A stretch of DNA of 64,000 bases from Eledone cirrhosa (GCA_964016885.1 OZ024741.1:42222001-42286000), one strand, 5' to 3'; counted from the first letter of the stretch, positions 1 through 13,692 are shown. Notes: generated from the sequence alone by a model not told the origin. A program made the numbers and translations.

Positions 1-1
1 A

Positions 2-140
2 GCCGAGCTCCTCCGTAAAGTCGGAACGGCAGCAGCTCGTCTGAAGAACGAGTCCCGCCAGGTGGAGTGGCTTTTGCAGCGGGTGTCGCTGGTCATTGTC
101 CGCGGGGCGCAGCCGAAACAGCGCTCCGGCCTAAGTGTAG
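2..140 (+). pseudogene. 3' fragment of CRE-clade non-LTR retrotransposon (RLE C-terminus)
   Basis: Frame +2 reads AELLRKVGTAAARLKNESRQVEWLLQRVSLVIVRG, matching the CRE-type (W/F)LxQRxSxxxxRGN terminal motif; resembles 9645-9842. Confidence 0.6.
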
Positions 141-342
141 AGTCTGTTACTCTCTCCCCTTCTCCCTGATTTACTTCCTTGCATAATAGTCCCTGTTTTT
201 TCCCTCCTTTTCTTCTCATTTATGTCAGTTAGAGTTCCTTTCTTTACTCCCCTATACAGCCAGATCTGCCCTTCTTTACCCCTTCCCCCTGTTTTCATTA
301 TTTAATTTTATTTTTATCCCTTTTTAATAGTTTCCATCATTA

Positions 343-562
343 GGGCGGTGGATTGGCAGTATCGGTAGAGGATCGGACGCCATACTTTGCAACATAGAGT
401 TACAGCCCTTTATGATCTGAGTTCAAATCCCGCCGAAGTTGACTTTGCCTTTCATCCTCACGGGGTTGATAAAATAAAGTACCAGTAATGCACTGGGGTC
501 GTTTTAATCGACCTCCTCTCGCCCCAAATTGCTAGCCTTGTGCCTATATAAGAAACTAATAT
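343..562 (+). mobile_element. tRNA-derived SINE, family A
   Basis: A-box-like tggcagtatcggtag, B-box gagttcaaatccc, conserved body ctttgcctttcatcct..ggggt.gataaaataaagtaccagt; many copies in the window. Confidence 0.85.
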
Positions 563-1201
563 TTTCCATCATTGTATAACTTTTGTTTGTAAAATGTAGT
601 TTATCTCGAATGAAGCTGAAGTACCCATACGCTAAGCTTCGAATGAGTATACGTTGGAGTATATGTTTATATTTATTTAAACAATTTCCATAATAATCTT
701 ATTGGAGAACTTTAGTTCTAAACCAGATAAATAACGAAAAAGTTATTACGCATCCCTTTAAATATTTGATTATTTTCAAAATGATTTGAAAATCACAGAC
801 AGTATCTTTTATTATCTTTTAATATTTATTAAGAATATTAACATTTTATTTTCGACGTTCACAGTTGTATACATAACATTACAAATTGTTTATAGTTCTT
901 ACAGAATGAAAATACAAACACAGATATAAACACATATAATAAATACAATTAATTATTGCTGGGAACCTCACAAATGTAATGTACAAAAATATATGATCAA
1001 AGAGAGAGAAAAAGAAAGAAAACACAAAAACCCAAACAACCATCAATTCACCACCAAGTGCGGCATTCGGCCTCACACCACAAAGGGCAACAGAAAATAT
1101 TATTAGAAATATGGAAATGAAGAGTTTTATATTTATTTAAAACTTTTCAACATAATTTTATCTAACAGCTTTTGTTAAGTTTTATTCCGAATACTAGCTA
1201 G

Positions 1202-1414
1202 ATAATGGTTTCTGATTTAGGCACAAGGCCAACAAGAGGGGAAAGTCAATTAAATCAATCCCAGTGCATTACTGGTACTTTATTTTATCGACCCCGTAAG
1301 GATGAAAGTCAAAGCTAACCTCGGCGGGATTTGAACTCAGAACATAAAGGACCGTAACTCTATGCTGCTAAGCATGGTGTCCGACGCTCTACCGATTCTG
1401 CCAATCCACCACCC
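1202..1414 (-). mobile_element. SINE family A
   Basis: Reverse complement of the 343-562 family. Confidence 0.85.
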
Positions 1415-2083
1415 TTGAGCATCAGAAAAATAATGAGAAAGTTAATGATATTACTAAACCCCTTCAAATTCCCAATTGAAATGTATAGTTACATTAGGGT
1501 TAGGGTTATGAAAGGATTAATCGAATGAAGATTGCCATTGAGGTGAGAGAGATAGAGTGGAACTATTTACCATTTACCTTTCTTTATCTTCATTGTTTCT
1601 TGTTTTTATTGTTTCGTCGGAGAAAATCAAGAGACACCCATAATTCTTTTTACAGCCCCCGGGAGGGTGGAAGGTACTTTAAAGTATGAGAGCTTATGTA
1701 GATGTCGCTAAAAGCAGCTAAGAGACAGAATAGATAGCACTCTAACAATCCAGGTAATCATCGCCGTGAAATCATAGCATCAGTAGTAGGGAGGTTGTCA
1801 TGTCCTTGACAGGACTGGCATGGTTTCTATGGATTGCTTATCTCATTGCATACCACTTTATACCGTATATTGGGTATGGCACCAACACACACACCACTAT
1901 ATATATATATTCTGATTTTGTGGAGAATACATATGAGGGAAATATATTGATCGTTATCAGGTATTTTGTTTTAAATTTTTTATTAAATTTAATAATATAC
2001 TCAACGAATTATGTAATCTTACTTTAAGTCCAGATTGTCTCTAGTCTTAAGTTTTGATATATCTTAATGCACACTTATGTGTG

Positions 2084-2901
2084 TATTAGGATTCTCAGGA
2101 AAATGGAAACGAGACCTGTTCGCTTTCAACCATTCTTTTTCCTTCTTCCAATCTTCTTTTCTTTCCTTCGAGTCAACTCACATCTAACCCTAATTTCTGT
2201 TCTTCGAGGTAATATTTTACCCAGCGCCGCTTCGACGGTATTTTGCAGTCCTAACAGCTTCCATAAACCGAGTTTTCCCATTTTCCTGCGAATCCTAATA
2301 TATTAGCGTCTCAAAACTCTACTTTCGAGTTAATTTCTTTATACCTTCAAAAGCTACTTTAGTCTTCTAACGCGGACTGATATAATGTGAGTTGTCTTTT
2401 CTTCCCTCTTTTCTTCCGTCTTCCTCTGTCCCCCATGCTTTCATTCTTTCTTTCTCTCCCTACTCTCTCACTACTCCATATCTTCCTCCTCTCCCTCCCA
2501 CTATCACCTTCTTCCTTCGCTTCTCTCCCGTCTACAGGCCAGCTCTACTTACCTCAATATTCTTTCTTTCTCGCGACGACTTGGGGTCTATCAGACGCAC
2601 TCCATCGTTCTCTCTATCACCAACCTTTGCCAACACAAACATTATCTGAACGAAGATATTTGTTTCTCAGTCACGAGTTTCCTATTCTCCGCAGTAATCT
2701 CATTAATTCGTCGAAACTGCAGAAGAGTTTGAGATCTGAAGAGCATATTTTAATGTTTCTGACCTGTTCACTTTTATCCATTCTTTTTCCTCCTTCCTAT
2801 CTTCTCTTCCTTCGAGTCAACTCACATTGATCTTTGTCCTTCCAGGTAATATTTTACCCAACGCTGCTTCGACGGTATTTTGTTGTTCTAACAACTTCCA
2901 T
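2084..2901 (+). repeat. Unclassified interspersed repeat with internal inverted and direct repeats
   Basis: 2084-2109 is inverted relative to 2276-2300; 2165-2263 is repeated at 2809-2901; reverse-strand homolog at about 58560-59040. Confidence 0.65.
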
Positions 2902-3150
2902 GGAGGCTCTAACAGCTTCCTGGAGGCTCATTAGGGCGGCACATATCCTGGTTTCCATTGCGTGAAGCAACAGAGAATAAAAGACTCTTCTCTGGACAGG
3001 ACGCCAGTCCATCGTAGGGTTAGACTCTCCCCGCTATTGCTGGTACACATATTCAGCTGAGTATACTAGAACAACGCAATCCAGGAATCGATCGCACAAC
3101 ATTACGATTCTACCAATAGGCTACGCGCCTCTCTCTCTCTATATATACAA

Positions 3151-3383
3151 CAGGATGTCCCCCCCCCCCAAAAAAAAATGTATGCACACTTTGATTACCT
3201 GTACAGGCAATATTATTTGCCCTTGCCATTCTGAGTTCAAATCCTGCCGAGGTTAACTTTGCCTTTCATCCTTACGGGGTCGATAAAATAAAGTACCAGT
3301 AATACACTGGGTAATTGCTGGCCTTGTGCCAAAAGTAGAAACAATTATTTGAATGGTTTATACATCTTTTTTAGGACACCCTG
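3151..3383. mobile_element. Tc1/mariner-type MITE containing a 5'-truncated SINE A (about 3220-3348)
   Basis: Terminal inverted repeats caggatgtcc / ggacaccctg followed by TA. Confidence 0.6.
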
Positions 3384-4409
3384 TATTATATATGTTTACA
3401 GCTAAATGTTTATCAAGTACTCAAACACTGTATGACATGCATTTTATCATCTATTTTTAAGAATTCTTAGCGGAATATTTACTGTTAATTATCCTAATTT
3501 TCCCAAAATGTCCATTTGTTTACATTGATAATTATACAATTTTCATTTCTATTTTCAAATACAAAGACAAATTTACCTGTTCAAAACATCTCATTAATTT
3601 ATAAAGTGTTGTTAACTAAATGTTAGCTTAAGGTGAAAGAACCACCATGTTCTCATTTGTTTATCTCCCATTCTTCTATTTCTTTTATTTCATGCTAATA
3701 AGTACTGGTTTGCCATTGCCATTTTCTTAACATCTATTGTAATATTTATATATTACTTACTTCCAATAAGGAAGCTTTCTTTTGTGTGATTATATATTAA
3801 TTTAAGCGCTGTTAAAATAGCAGTTAATATAGTTTTTTTTATTTCATGATGCCTTTTGTTTTTGTGCAACAATAAACATAGGTGGTTTTCTTTCCATTTT
3901 AAGCGCTGAAGATGCGAAACGTTTATACTTTTGCACAACAATAAATATATATTTAATGATTTTCCCATTTCCCATTTTAGGCTTCTGATACATAATGAAA
4001 TGTTTGAGATTTTTTCTATTTCTAAATTCCTTTGTTCACAATTTTGCATGTCCCACAGTATTGTTTCCACATTAATTAGTCATTATACATTATTATATAT
4101 TTTATAAACATCCCGTGCTTTGTCTAATATCAATTTTTTAAAGGATAAACTTTAAAGAATATTTGTATCATGACATTATTTGCTAATTTAGCTACGAATT
4201 AACAGTGCGTCCATTCAATTAATTCTGGTGACGAATTTGCAGAGTTGTTAGAACATTCGATAGAACAACTTGGTAATGTTTTTTTTCTGGCTCTCTGCGC
4301 CCGGTTTCAAATCCCGCTGAGGTCAACTCTGCTTTTCACAAATTCAAAGTTTATAAAATAAGGTTTTAACAATCCATAAACGGTTGATTGGCGGAATTGT
4401 TGGAGTTTG

Positions 4410-4535
4410 GTGAAGGCGGGTGGCTTAGTGATTAGAGAATTGGGTTCGTACTCATGAGGTTGCGAGTTTAATTCCCGGAACGGGTGCTATGCGTTATGTC
4501 TTTTAGTAAGACACTTACTTTATTTCACGCTGCTC
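4410..4535 (+). mobile_element. SINE family B (tRNA-derived), partial
   Basis: gtgaaggc..gtggcttagtg head and gtaagacactt..tttatttcacgctgctc body, similar to 53237-53560. Confidence 0.65.
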
Positions 4536-4840
4536 TTTTTGCCTAGACTTGTCACCGATAGACAGTATCATCAATGAAAAGACCAATGGAAACATTCTTT
4601 CCTTGGTCCAATTTGACGAGTTCCACCCTTGATAAGAGAATGGGGCCTAAAATCTTGTTGATCGATAAAAAAAAGAGTATAACTTTAGCCAATGGTGGGA
4701 TTTGCATACTCTGGTCAAATTTGACCTCAGAACGTAAAGTGCTGGAATAGATACAGTAAAGCATGTTTAAATATATGTACAAATGTACGTATAGTTAGAT
4801 AGATAGATAGATAGATAGATATATAGATATGTATGTATGT

Positions 4841-7420
4841 TCTGGTTTTATAATTTCACAAATGTTTGCTAATAAATAGAGAGTCGGTTTCTAACTAAGA
4901 CACAAGACTCTCTCAGTGGAATTTACAAAACATCAACTAGGTAGATATGTATGCATGTCTGCATGCATGCATGTGTAGGTATGGATGTTATTGTATGTGT
5001 GGATGTGAATGTTTTGAGTTGTATGTGTGCATGTGTATATGCTTAGTATCTGTACATGTGTATATGCAGTTATTAGATGCAACATTTTTGGAATGTTTTA
5101 CATATTTTTACTGTTCCATTAATGGATTGTACTTGTAATTTCCTAACTAGTTGTGTTCTTTCTGTTTCTGTGAAGCCCAGCTTCTTAAGATTTGTATTGA
5201 GGCAGTTACTAACATATCCCAGTGCCCCAATAATGACAGGCATAAATCTGAAGGTATAATCAGAGTGGAGTATCTGCAGATTCCTATCAGTTCTGCGTAA
5301 ATATTCTCCTTTTCGCTAATCCTTGATATTATATTGGCATCTGCTGGGCAGCTAACCTCCACTACTGTGCATGCTTTCTTTTCCCTGTCCCATATCATAT
5401 CCGGTCTGTTATGCCTGCATTTTATTGGGGTTTTTACTGGAACATTCCACCAGTACTCTTTCATATTATGTACATGGATGTCTTCCACATTGCTGTAGCT
5501 TTTAATGTGTTTATTATCGGGGCTATCTGTTCTACGGATTGCATTGTACAGTGTTTTGGCAACTACATCATGCCTCATAGGTAGATAGTAATGCGATGAC
5601 ATCTTTGGACAGCTGCTTATGACATGGGTGACAACTTCAATATTAATTCTGCAGAGTCTGCACTTGTTATCACATCTAGGTGTTTTGCCTGCATCCTATC
5701 TCTTTTGTGAATCAGGTATTTCGTGTTGATTTCCTGTTCTTGGATTGCAAAGGCGTATCCTTCAAAGTGGGAGCCAATATAGCGGTTGTTGGTCCAATAT
5801 AGACTACTTTGTTTATCTACATTACTCTCACTCTGGAGCTTCCTTGCAACATATCCATGCATGATATTTTGCTGATAAGCATGAAGTTTTTCATCCATGG
5901 ATTCACTGCGATACTGCTGAGCAACTTCCGTGGGTGAGAGTTTTTGATTATCACAGAGGGAATACCTCTTGAGTAGTTCCTTCCCAACTCTCATGACCAT
6001 CTACGTTTCATGCAGATAGACTTGCTCGAGAGACGGGCTCCTACGATTTGAGGTTCGTAGATGTTGTCGGAGGGATATGATGCGACATTCAAATGCTGTC
6101 TGGACTGATGTTAGGCCTCTGCCTCCCTGCTTACGTTTCAAGTAAAGGCGGTCTATGTTACTGTTGATGTGGAAGTTTCTGATGTTGTTTAGTATTTTTC
6201 GAGTTCTAACATGAATCGCTCGGATTTCGTCTATCGTCGAACAGAGTATTCCAAACGTTGGTGTTAGGTCAGGCACAACAAACACATTGTGAGCCACTAT
6301 TTTATTGTGCGCAGAGAGTTCCGATAACCATACTTTTCTTAATCGGGTGTAGTATTCCCTGGTTACGCGTTCATTATTACAGATAGCATTATAGGATATG
6401 TTCTAATCTATCCTCAGGTATCTGTAGCAGTCCTCATCAGATAACGGTGAAACAGTTACGCCATTGATGACAATGTTGCTAGATTGGGTTGTAGTTTTCC
6501 CCCGCTTTACAGTCATATATGATAATTTATCTTGGCCAAACTCCATTTCTATATCCTTTGAGAATGTTGTAACCAGGTCAAGATTTTTCTTCATCCCATC
6601 CATGTTCTTGGCATAGAGTTTTAGATCATCCACAAAGAAATTATGGGTTAGGTTCGTATTTCTGTCCTCCTGTGAGCCAATGATGTATCCCTCACATTTC
6701 TTGAGCAGAAAGGACAAGTGGTTTAATGACAGGATAAATAATATCACAGAGACTCTGTCTCCTTGAAATATACCCCTGTGATATTCTATTTTATCAGTGA
6801 AAATAGAGCCCCTCTTCTCTGTCTTTAAACTTAGAATAGTAGCCCAAGAAGAAGACATCTTATCTATGGCTCTGACAATAATGTCTGTGACTTTAGCAAG
6901 TTGGAGGGCCTCTATCATCCAAGAGTGGGGAACAGAATTAAAAGCTTTCCTGTAGTACAGCCAGACTGTAGCCATATTCCTACTAAGTTGTCGCACGTCC
7001 GATATCGCAGTTTTGTTGATTAGGAGTTGTTCAGAACACCCCCAAACCTCTTTCTTTCCAGCTGCTTGTTCATCTGTGATGATGTTATCATTTTGACAGC
7101 GATCTTAGAGGAATAGGTTCAGGCAGGATGTATACATCTTATACATCAGGTTCTGGCATGCAATGGGTCGGTAGTATTTTGCCAAGTGGATGTCTTTGTT
7201 CTTGGGGACCAGTATTGTTTGTGCTAATGTCAACCGTTCTAGTATAAGTGTATCTCCCCTGAGAACTTGTTGGTAGAGGTCGGTAAGATACCTCCGACAG
7301 AATATCAGTTTTTTGTATCAGTAGCCGACAATCATGTCTCTTCCTGGTGTTTTCTTATCTTGGAGTTTTCCTATCACAATCTCAAGGGTATCCTCACTTA
7401 TTTCGTATGTTTTTGTTGTT
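4841..7420 (-). mobile_element. R4/Dong-clade non-LTR retrotransposon, 5'-truncated and disrupted (RT, zinc knuckle, RLE)
   Basis: ORF pieces with RT motifs KAFNSVPHSW, GIFQGD, FFVDDLKLY; DRLYLKRKQGGRGL; RHDVV and NRPD..VEVSCP RLE motifs; multiple stops and frameshifts; both ends abut (GTAT)n. Confidence 0.85.
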
Positions 7421-7479
7421 GTATGTATGTATAAATCAGGATGTATTATCGGTTTGAAACTGATTAGACCATTACTCAA

Positions 7480-7636
7480 CAAAGTACTCGATTACGTGGG
7501 GTAGTAGAGTATGGTTATGTTATAAAGAATCGGGACCCGGCAGTGAGCTCTTGCTGTTTCAACAGCTAGTTGCAGACTGAGTCTGGAACTAGCCGTTGAA
7601 ACTGCAAGAGCTCAGCCGTCGGGCACCGACTGTTAT
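7480..7636. repeat. Fold-back element, diverged member of the 29626/33697 hairpin family
   Basis: gagctcttgctgtttcaacagctagtt ... aactagccgttgaaactgcaagagctc inverted pair; shares aaagtactc..ggtagtagagt with 33740-33770. Confidence 0.65.
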
Positions 7637-7716
7637 AATATATATATAGATAGCGTTAAACTAACATAATTCTTTAATGTATTGTTTTCTTTGTTTTGTT
7701 ATTTCTCTTTACTTTT

Positions 7717-7925
<209 letters not shown>

Positions 7926-8920
7926 ACGTAACGTTTTTACATAGGTATCTGTCTTCTGAGGAAGTCAGTGAAATACCTACATTACATCTTTACACATAAG
8001 ACCTGCTGTAAAAAATATTTGGAAAATCTGTCTCAAAAATATAATAATTTTTTTATGACAATTCTAGAGAAATCAGACGAATAATCATGACAGCATATAA
8101 AATTATAAAAAAAAAAATAATTACTGAAACCATTCAATTTACATAAACAGATGAAAGGACACATTGTGTATATTATATACATTGCATGGATACATATATA
8201 CACATATATACACATATACAGATATAATCATGCATGAAGACCTACAGTTAAAATTGAATATATATTTCATTATATGTATTGAAGCAGATGTAAATATATA
8301 TGCTTAGTTATACACCAAGCCCAAAATTAATTTAGAAATGATAACACACACTTACATATATACACGCATTTACATATACACACACTTGCATATACACACA
8401 CTTATATATACACGTATTTAGATATATACATACTTGTACAGACACTTGCAGATGCACACACTTATATATATTTACACTTACATATACACATAATTACACT
8501 TACATACACACATATACCTACACTTACATACACACATATACTCACACTTACATATACACACGCTTACACATACACTCACTTACAGATACACATACATGCA
8601 TATACACTCACTTACACATACTCACATTTACACATGCACAAAATTAAATATACACACACTTACACATGCACACTTACACACACACTTAAACAAGCACACA
8701 TACATACACACTTATACATACACACACTTACATATGTACACATACATGCACACTTACACATACACACACACATGCACACGTATCCACACACACACACATA
8801 AACACACTTACACATATTTTATGCTTATTACGCCTCTCGCCATGCTGCCATGGTTGTGTCAGCTACAATAGGTTTGTTTCTTTACATACGTTTCATTTCC
8901 ATCTCCACATTGATACATAC

Positions 8921-9483
8921 CAGAGGTTCTTAAAGTAGGTGCTACTGCCTCCAGGGGCGTTGAGAAGATTCAGGGGGCGCTGGGGTTTAAGGGTGGAGTG
9001 GGGAGGGGGCGGTAGAGATGATATAACAGTATATTAAATATCAAATGAGTGTGTGTGACGCCAAGTATATATCGTTGGAGGCGTCTTGGGTGATTTTAAT
9101 GATAGGGACTCCAGTCCTATCATCTCATTTCTACAGCTGAGTAAACTGGAGCAACGTGAAATAAAGTGTCTTGCTCAAGGAATCAACACATCAACCGGTC
9201 TGAGAATTGAACTCACAACCTTTCGATTGCAAGCACAATGCTTTAACCACTAAGCCATGCGCCTTCACAAATATCAAATGATACATATATATAAATATGG
9301 TAAAATATAAAAATATATAATATTTATTTATACATAGTATATATTATATTATTTATTATATTTAAATTAACGATTTTATTTATTATATGTTATTTACAAT
9401 TTGTGGAAATAGGGGTGGGGGCGCTGAGGGTATTACGTGGCTGTGAGGGGGTGGTGATGGCCCAAAAGTTTTGAGAACCCCTG
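8921..9483. mobile_element. hAT-type MITE
   Basis: TIRs cagaggttcttaa / ttgagaacccctg; 8-bp TSD atacatac / atatatac (one mismatch). Confidence 0.75.
9049..9268 (-). mobile_element. SINE family B nested in the hAT MITE
   Basis: Reverse tRNA-like head; 13-bp TSD aaatatcaaatga at 9036-9048 and 9269-9281. Confidence 0.8.
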
Positions 9484-9530
9484 ATATATACAAACACATA
9501 TGCTATTACACATTAGTATATTAGTATATA

Positions 9531-9842
9531 CTCCCGCCGCAGCCTGGTGCAGTCTGCGACTAACCCAGGTTCTGCTGCACATCGACCTGAGGAGGCCAAA
9601 CTCTTCAAATACGGTCGCTCTCCGACAGGTTTGCGGTTGAACCCTTGGCAGTGGAGACTTCTGGTGTCCTCAACCCTAGGGTTACCTCCCTACTCACCAC
9701 CATAGGCGCTGAACTGGCCAGCCGCAGGTGTGAGCCTTGCAAGCTGGAATGGCTTTTCCTGCGCAGCTCCCTTGCCGTCCTCCGGGGAAACGCCTTCTCC
9801 ACTATGTCCACCAGGCTGTGTGGAGGCCACCAATATGATTGA
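9531..9842 (+). pseudogene. CRE-clade non-LTR 3' fragment (RLE)
   Basis: GSAAHRPEEAKLFKY..EPLAVETSG..LEWLFLRSSLAVLRGNA. Confidence 0.75.
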
Positions 9843-10321
9843 CTGACTTGTCATTTTATCAGTCAGATGTTTTTAGACGTCTATCAGTGTACGAAGATAA
9901 AACTTCGTCACTTCTATGAAGACTCTATGGCAATTGATGGAGTGGTATGCTCTTAATGCATATTATGTCCTCCTTTCTTTCACCCACCCCCTGTATTTCA
10001 CTCTCTTATTGCTATTCCAACTCTCTCACTATATACATATATTCACACATACAGACGAATAATAACACAGGCTATATATATATATATAAGTTAAAACAAT
10101 GAAATAAAAAATCAAGTCATTAGAGATATACTTCACTGCTTTACGATCGTTTCTAGATGGTGATAATACATTGTATCTATACTCAGTTATTGATCTATGT
10201 AAGTTTACAAACTATCAGATAGAGACATTTTCAAAATATGGATTACATTGAGTTCTTCATACAGAATAGACCCCACAATTTACAGTGGATACCTCTGTGT
10301 ATATTAAAATAACAGATTAAA

Positions 10322-10370
10322 GTTTAAGCAAAGAATCGGTGCTTTCACCCTTAACGGGATCTTCTGAAAC
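10322..10370 (-). ncRNA. Hammerhead-like motif with CAGAAGA core (family D)
   Basis: Reverse strand reads gttt CAGAAGA tcccgttaagggt GAAA gca..tgct t aaac, with all three helices. Confidence 0.6.
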
Positions 10371-10378
10371 TATATATA

Positions 10379-10428
<50 letters not shown>

Positions 10429-10443
10429 CATACATACATACAT

Positions 10444-10485
<42 letters not shown>

Positions 10486-10545
10486 TTATTAAAATAACAA
10501 ATTAAAGTTTAAGCAAACGGGATCTTCTGAAACTCATATTATTAT

Positions 10546-10618
<73 letters not shown>

Positions 10619-10917
10619 TATACTGTATCTCACCCCACATATTCGTATGGAATCTGCCTCCATCTGTTTCAATGGGTTTTCCAGCTGTTCTAACAACCAG
10701 CTCATGAAATTTAAGTGGAAGTAGATGAATATTTCATAAGCAGGAGTATCTTTAGTGTAATTATCAGGAATGTTTAGCGTGATACAGCGTGACAACATGC
10801 AACATCGTTGATCCTTTTAATTAGAGATACAGCTCACCCGAATGGCTTCCGTCTACACCATTTCCTACACAATGTTTGGATTCAGTACGAAGCTAAAATA
10901 AATGATACTTTCCTTAA

Positions 10918-11128
10918 CCCTTTAGCATTTACATCATTCAATAATTACTATTGTATTTTCATAGTAAACATTTTATTTCACATAATTATCTCACGTAATA
11001 TTGAATCTACAAAATGTTGATATTATTTATTTTGAGATAACATAAGTATGACCACGGGTTACGGCCGCTTTGAACAGAAAGTGGTGAGAGAATTCTGGCC
11101 GGATATGGTCGGTTTAAATGCTAAAGGG
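10918..11128. mobile_element. piggyBac-type MITE
   Basis: TTAA|ccctttagcattta ... taaatgctaaaggg|TTAA: 14-bp perfect TIR with TTAA TSD. Confidence 0.85.
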
Positions 11129-11164
11129 TTAAGACACTACGCAGAGTGGTCGAAACTTGGGCAT

Positions 11165-11538
11165 TTGGCAGTATCGGTAGAGGGTTGGAGGCCATGCTTT
11201 CTAACATAGTTACGTCCCTTTACAGTCTGAGTTCAAATCCCGCCGAGGTTAACTTTGCCTTTCATCCTTACGGGGTCGATAAAATAAAGTACCAGTAATG
11301 TACTGGGTATTTGCTGGCTTTGTGCCTAAAGTAGAAACAATTATTAGGGCGGTGGATTGGCAGTGTCGATAGAGGGTCGGACGCCATGCTTTGACGTATA
11401 GAGTTACGGCCCTTGCCATTCTGAGTTCAAATCCCGCCGAGGTTAACTTTGCCTTTCATCCTTACGGGGTCGATAAAATAAAGTACCAATAATGTACTGG
11501 GTAATTGCTGGCTTTGTGCCAAAAGTAGAAACAATTAT
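11165..11538 (+). mobile_element. Two tandem SINE A copies
   Basis: 11165-11345 and 11348-11538, joined by attatt. Confidence 0.85.
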
Positions 11539-11579
11539 AATTACGAAGAGAACAAAGAAAATATTACCGGAAGATATAT

Positions 11580-12960
11580 ATCAGCCATATTGACAGCCTG
11601 CGCATTGGATTTCTTAGTTATCGGTACAGATATACTGAATAAATAATCATTATGTGAAACAATAAATCCGAGCAAAATCGAACCAATGATAAAAGTAAAC
11701 TATATGAAGAAAAGGAATCTCTATAAAACACGACACAAATCGTAGACTGACAGTGTGTATAATTAGCCTTAGACAATAGGTGGGTGAAATACCAACAGAC
11801 AGTAAGAGCTATGTAGGGGTTTAGCCAATGATAAAACATTATGAATGTAGCAATTCACCTGGTCAATATTTTGACCAAAAGAGAAGTAGCCTATTGTCTG
11901 ACTGGACCAAGGAAACAATGTTTCCATTGGTCTTTTCATTGCTGATACTATCTATTGGTTGCAACTTCAATAGAAACTAACACAGAAAGTAGATAAATCT
12001 ATATAAGCCAACCATAAAATATAACAGGCCCATAAATTGAGAGTGTACATTAGCCAATACGAGGGCAAAATAACAACAACATTCAATGAAATCTAAATGG
12101 TAGTTCAGCCAATCATTATGAGAGCAGTAATAAATCTAGGCAGTATTTTAACCAATAGAAAGTAAAATCTGAAACAAAGAAATTTATAGCAATTTTAGGC
12201 AATCATAAAAACATAACTTTGTTTTTGTAGTCAGTCGATGTGAAATCTTGTGTTGAAAGATATATTCTTGAATTCTAGGAGAGCCATGGTGCCGGCAAAA
12301 TAACATGCACTGGTTGAATTACATTTTATTTTTTAGATCATGTAATTAATCTATACATCAATCAGCCTGTGAGATTATCGATGATTATTGCACTTTATGC
12401 CTCCCTTTCGTCTACATTTACTTCATTTTTTCTGTCTGTCTCCTTTCAGAGCCTCAAACAGAAACTATAAACTGAGGGTATATATTAGCCAACATGGTGG
12501 GGGGTGGGATTGGGGTGGGAGTGTATGTGTGCAAAATAACTAGAGCACAAAATAATATTTAGGTAAGGGTGAACCTATCACAAAGCATTATGAGAATAAC
12601 AATAAACCTAGACAATATTTCATCCAATAGAAAAATATAATATGAAACAAAGAAATCTATAATGGTTTTTGCCAGTCATAAAACATAACAAACCCCCCCC
12701 ATAAATTAAGGGTGCAAAATAAAAACACACAATAACATTTAGGCAGGAGATTTAGCCAATCATAAAGCATTACGAGAGTAACAATAAATCTAGACAGTAT
12801 TTTAACCAATAGAAACTAAAATATGAAGCCATGAAATCTTGATAAATTTTTAGCTAAAAAGAAAGCATTAGAAGAGTGAAACAATAAATTCAGCCAAGTT
12901 TTAGCCAATATGAAAGAAACGTGTCAAAGGTCATCAATAACAATAAATTTCTTTGGAAAT
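11580..12960 (+). repeat. Degenerate tandem repeat region rich in CCAAT motifs
   Basis: Recurrent (tt)agccaat / aaccaatag units; 11905-11958 is the reverse complement of about 4555-4610. Confidence 0.55.
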
Positions 12961-13112
12961 ATAATGTCAGAACTTGAAAGGGTTATAGAGTTGTGTGTGA
13001 AAAATCTTACAAAATGAAATTATTAAAAGTGTTAGTTATATTCTAGAAAAACAGACACAAGGAAAATTTACAACCATAGATACACATACACACGCACACA
13101 TAGCTAGATTTT

Positions 13113-13163
<51 letters not shown>

Positions 13164-13210
13164 CTCTCTCTCAATATATATGTATGTATATGTATTTATA
13201 AACATATATA

Positions 13211-13262
<52 letters not shown>

Positions 13263-13340
13263 CACATATATAAATATAAATATATATTCATAAATCTATA
13301 TTGTAGATATATATGTAAATCTAAATCCAAATATATATAA

Positions 13341-13452
<112 letters not shown>

Positions 13453-13653
13453 ATTTGTATATATTTGGATTTAGATTTATGAATATATAAATGTTTATAT
13501 TTATATATGTGTATGTGTATATATATATATATATATATTAATAAGAGGAATTCCCACTTTGTCTGATTTACTCGTTTTATTTACAATCCTTTAAAATTTA
13601 TAAAGGTATTATAATGAAATAGTATGATAGAATATTAAATTCTAAGTGTTAAT

Positions 13654-13692
13654 TGAACAAGTACTTTCATGCTTTCGCAATCTTCAGGTTCA
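13654..13692 (-). ncRNA. Type I minimal hammerhead ribozyme
   Basis: Inverted copy of 13802-13840. Confidence 0.7.

Noticed and set aside
343-440. tRNA genes
   Set aside because: The A/B boxes belong to SINE heads; no cloverleaf, and SINE bodies follow
7951-8001. HHR candidate CTGAGGA agtcagt GAAAT
   Set aside because: No convincing stem II or III; only a possible gtctt/aagac stem I
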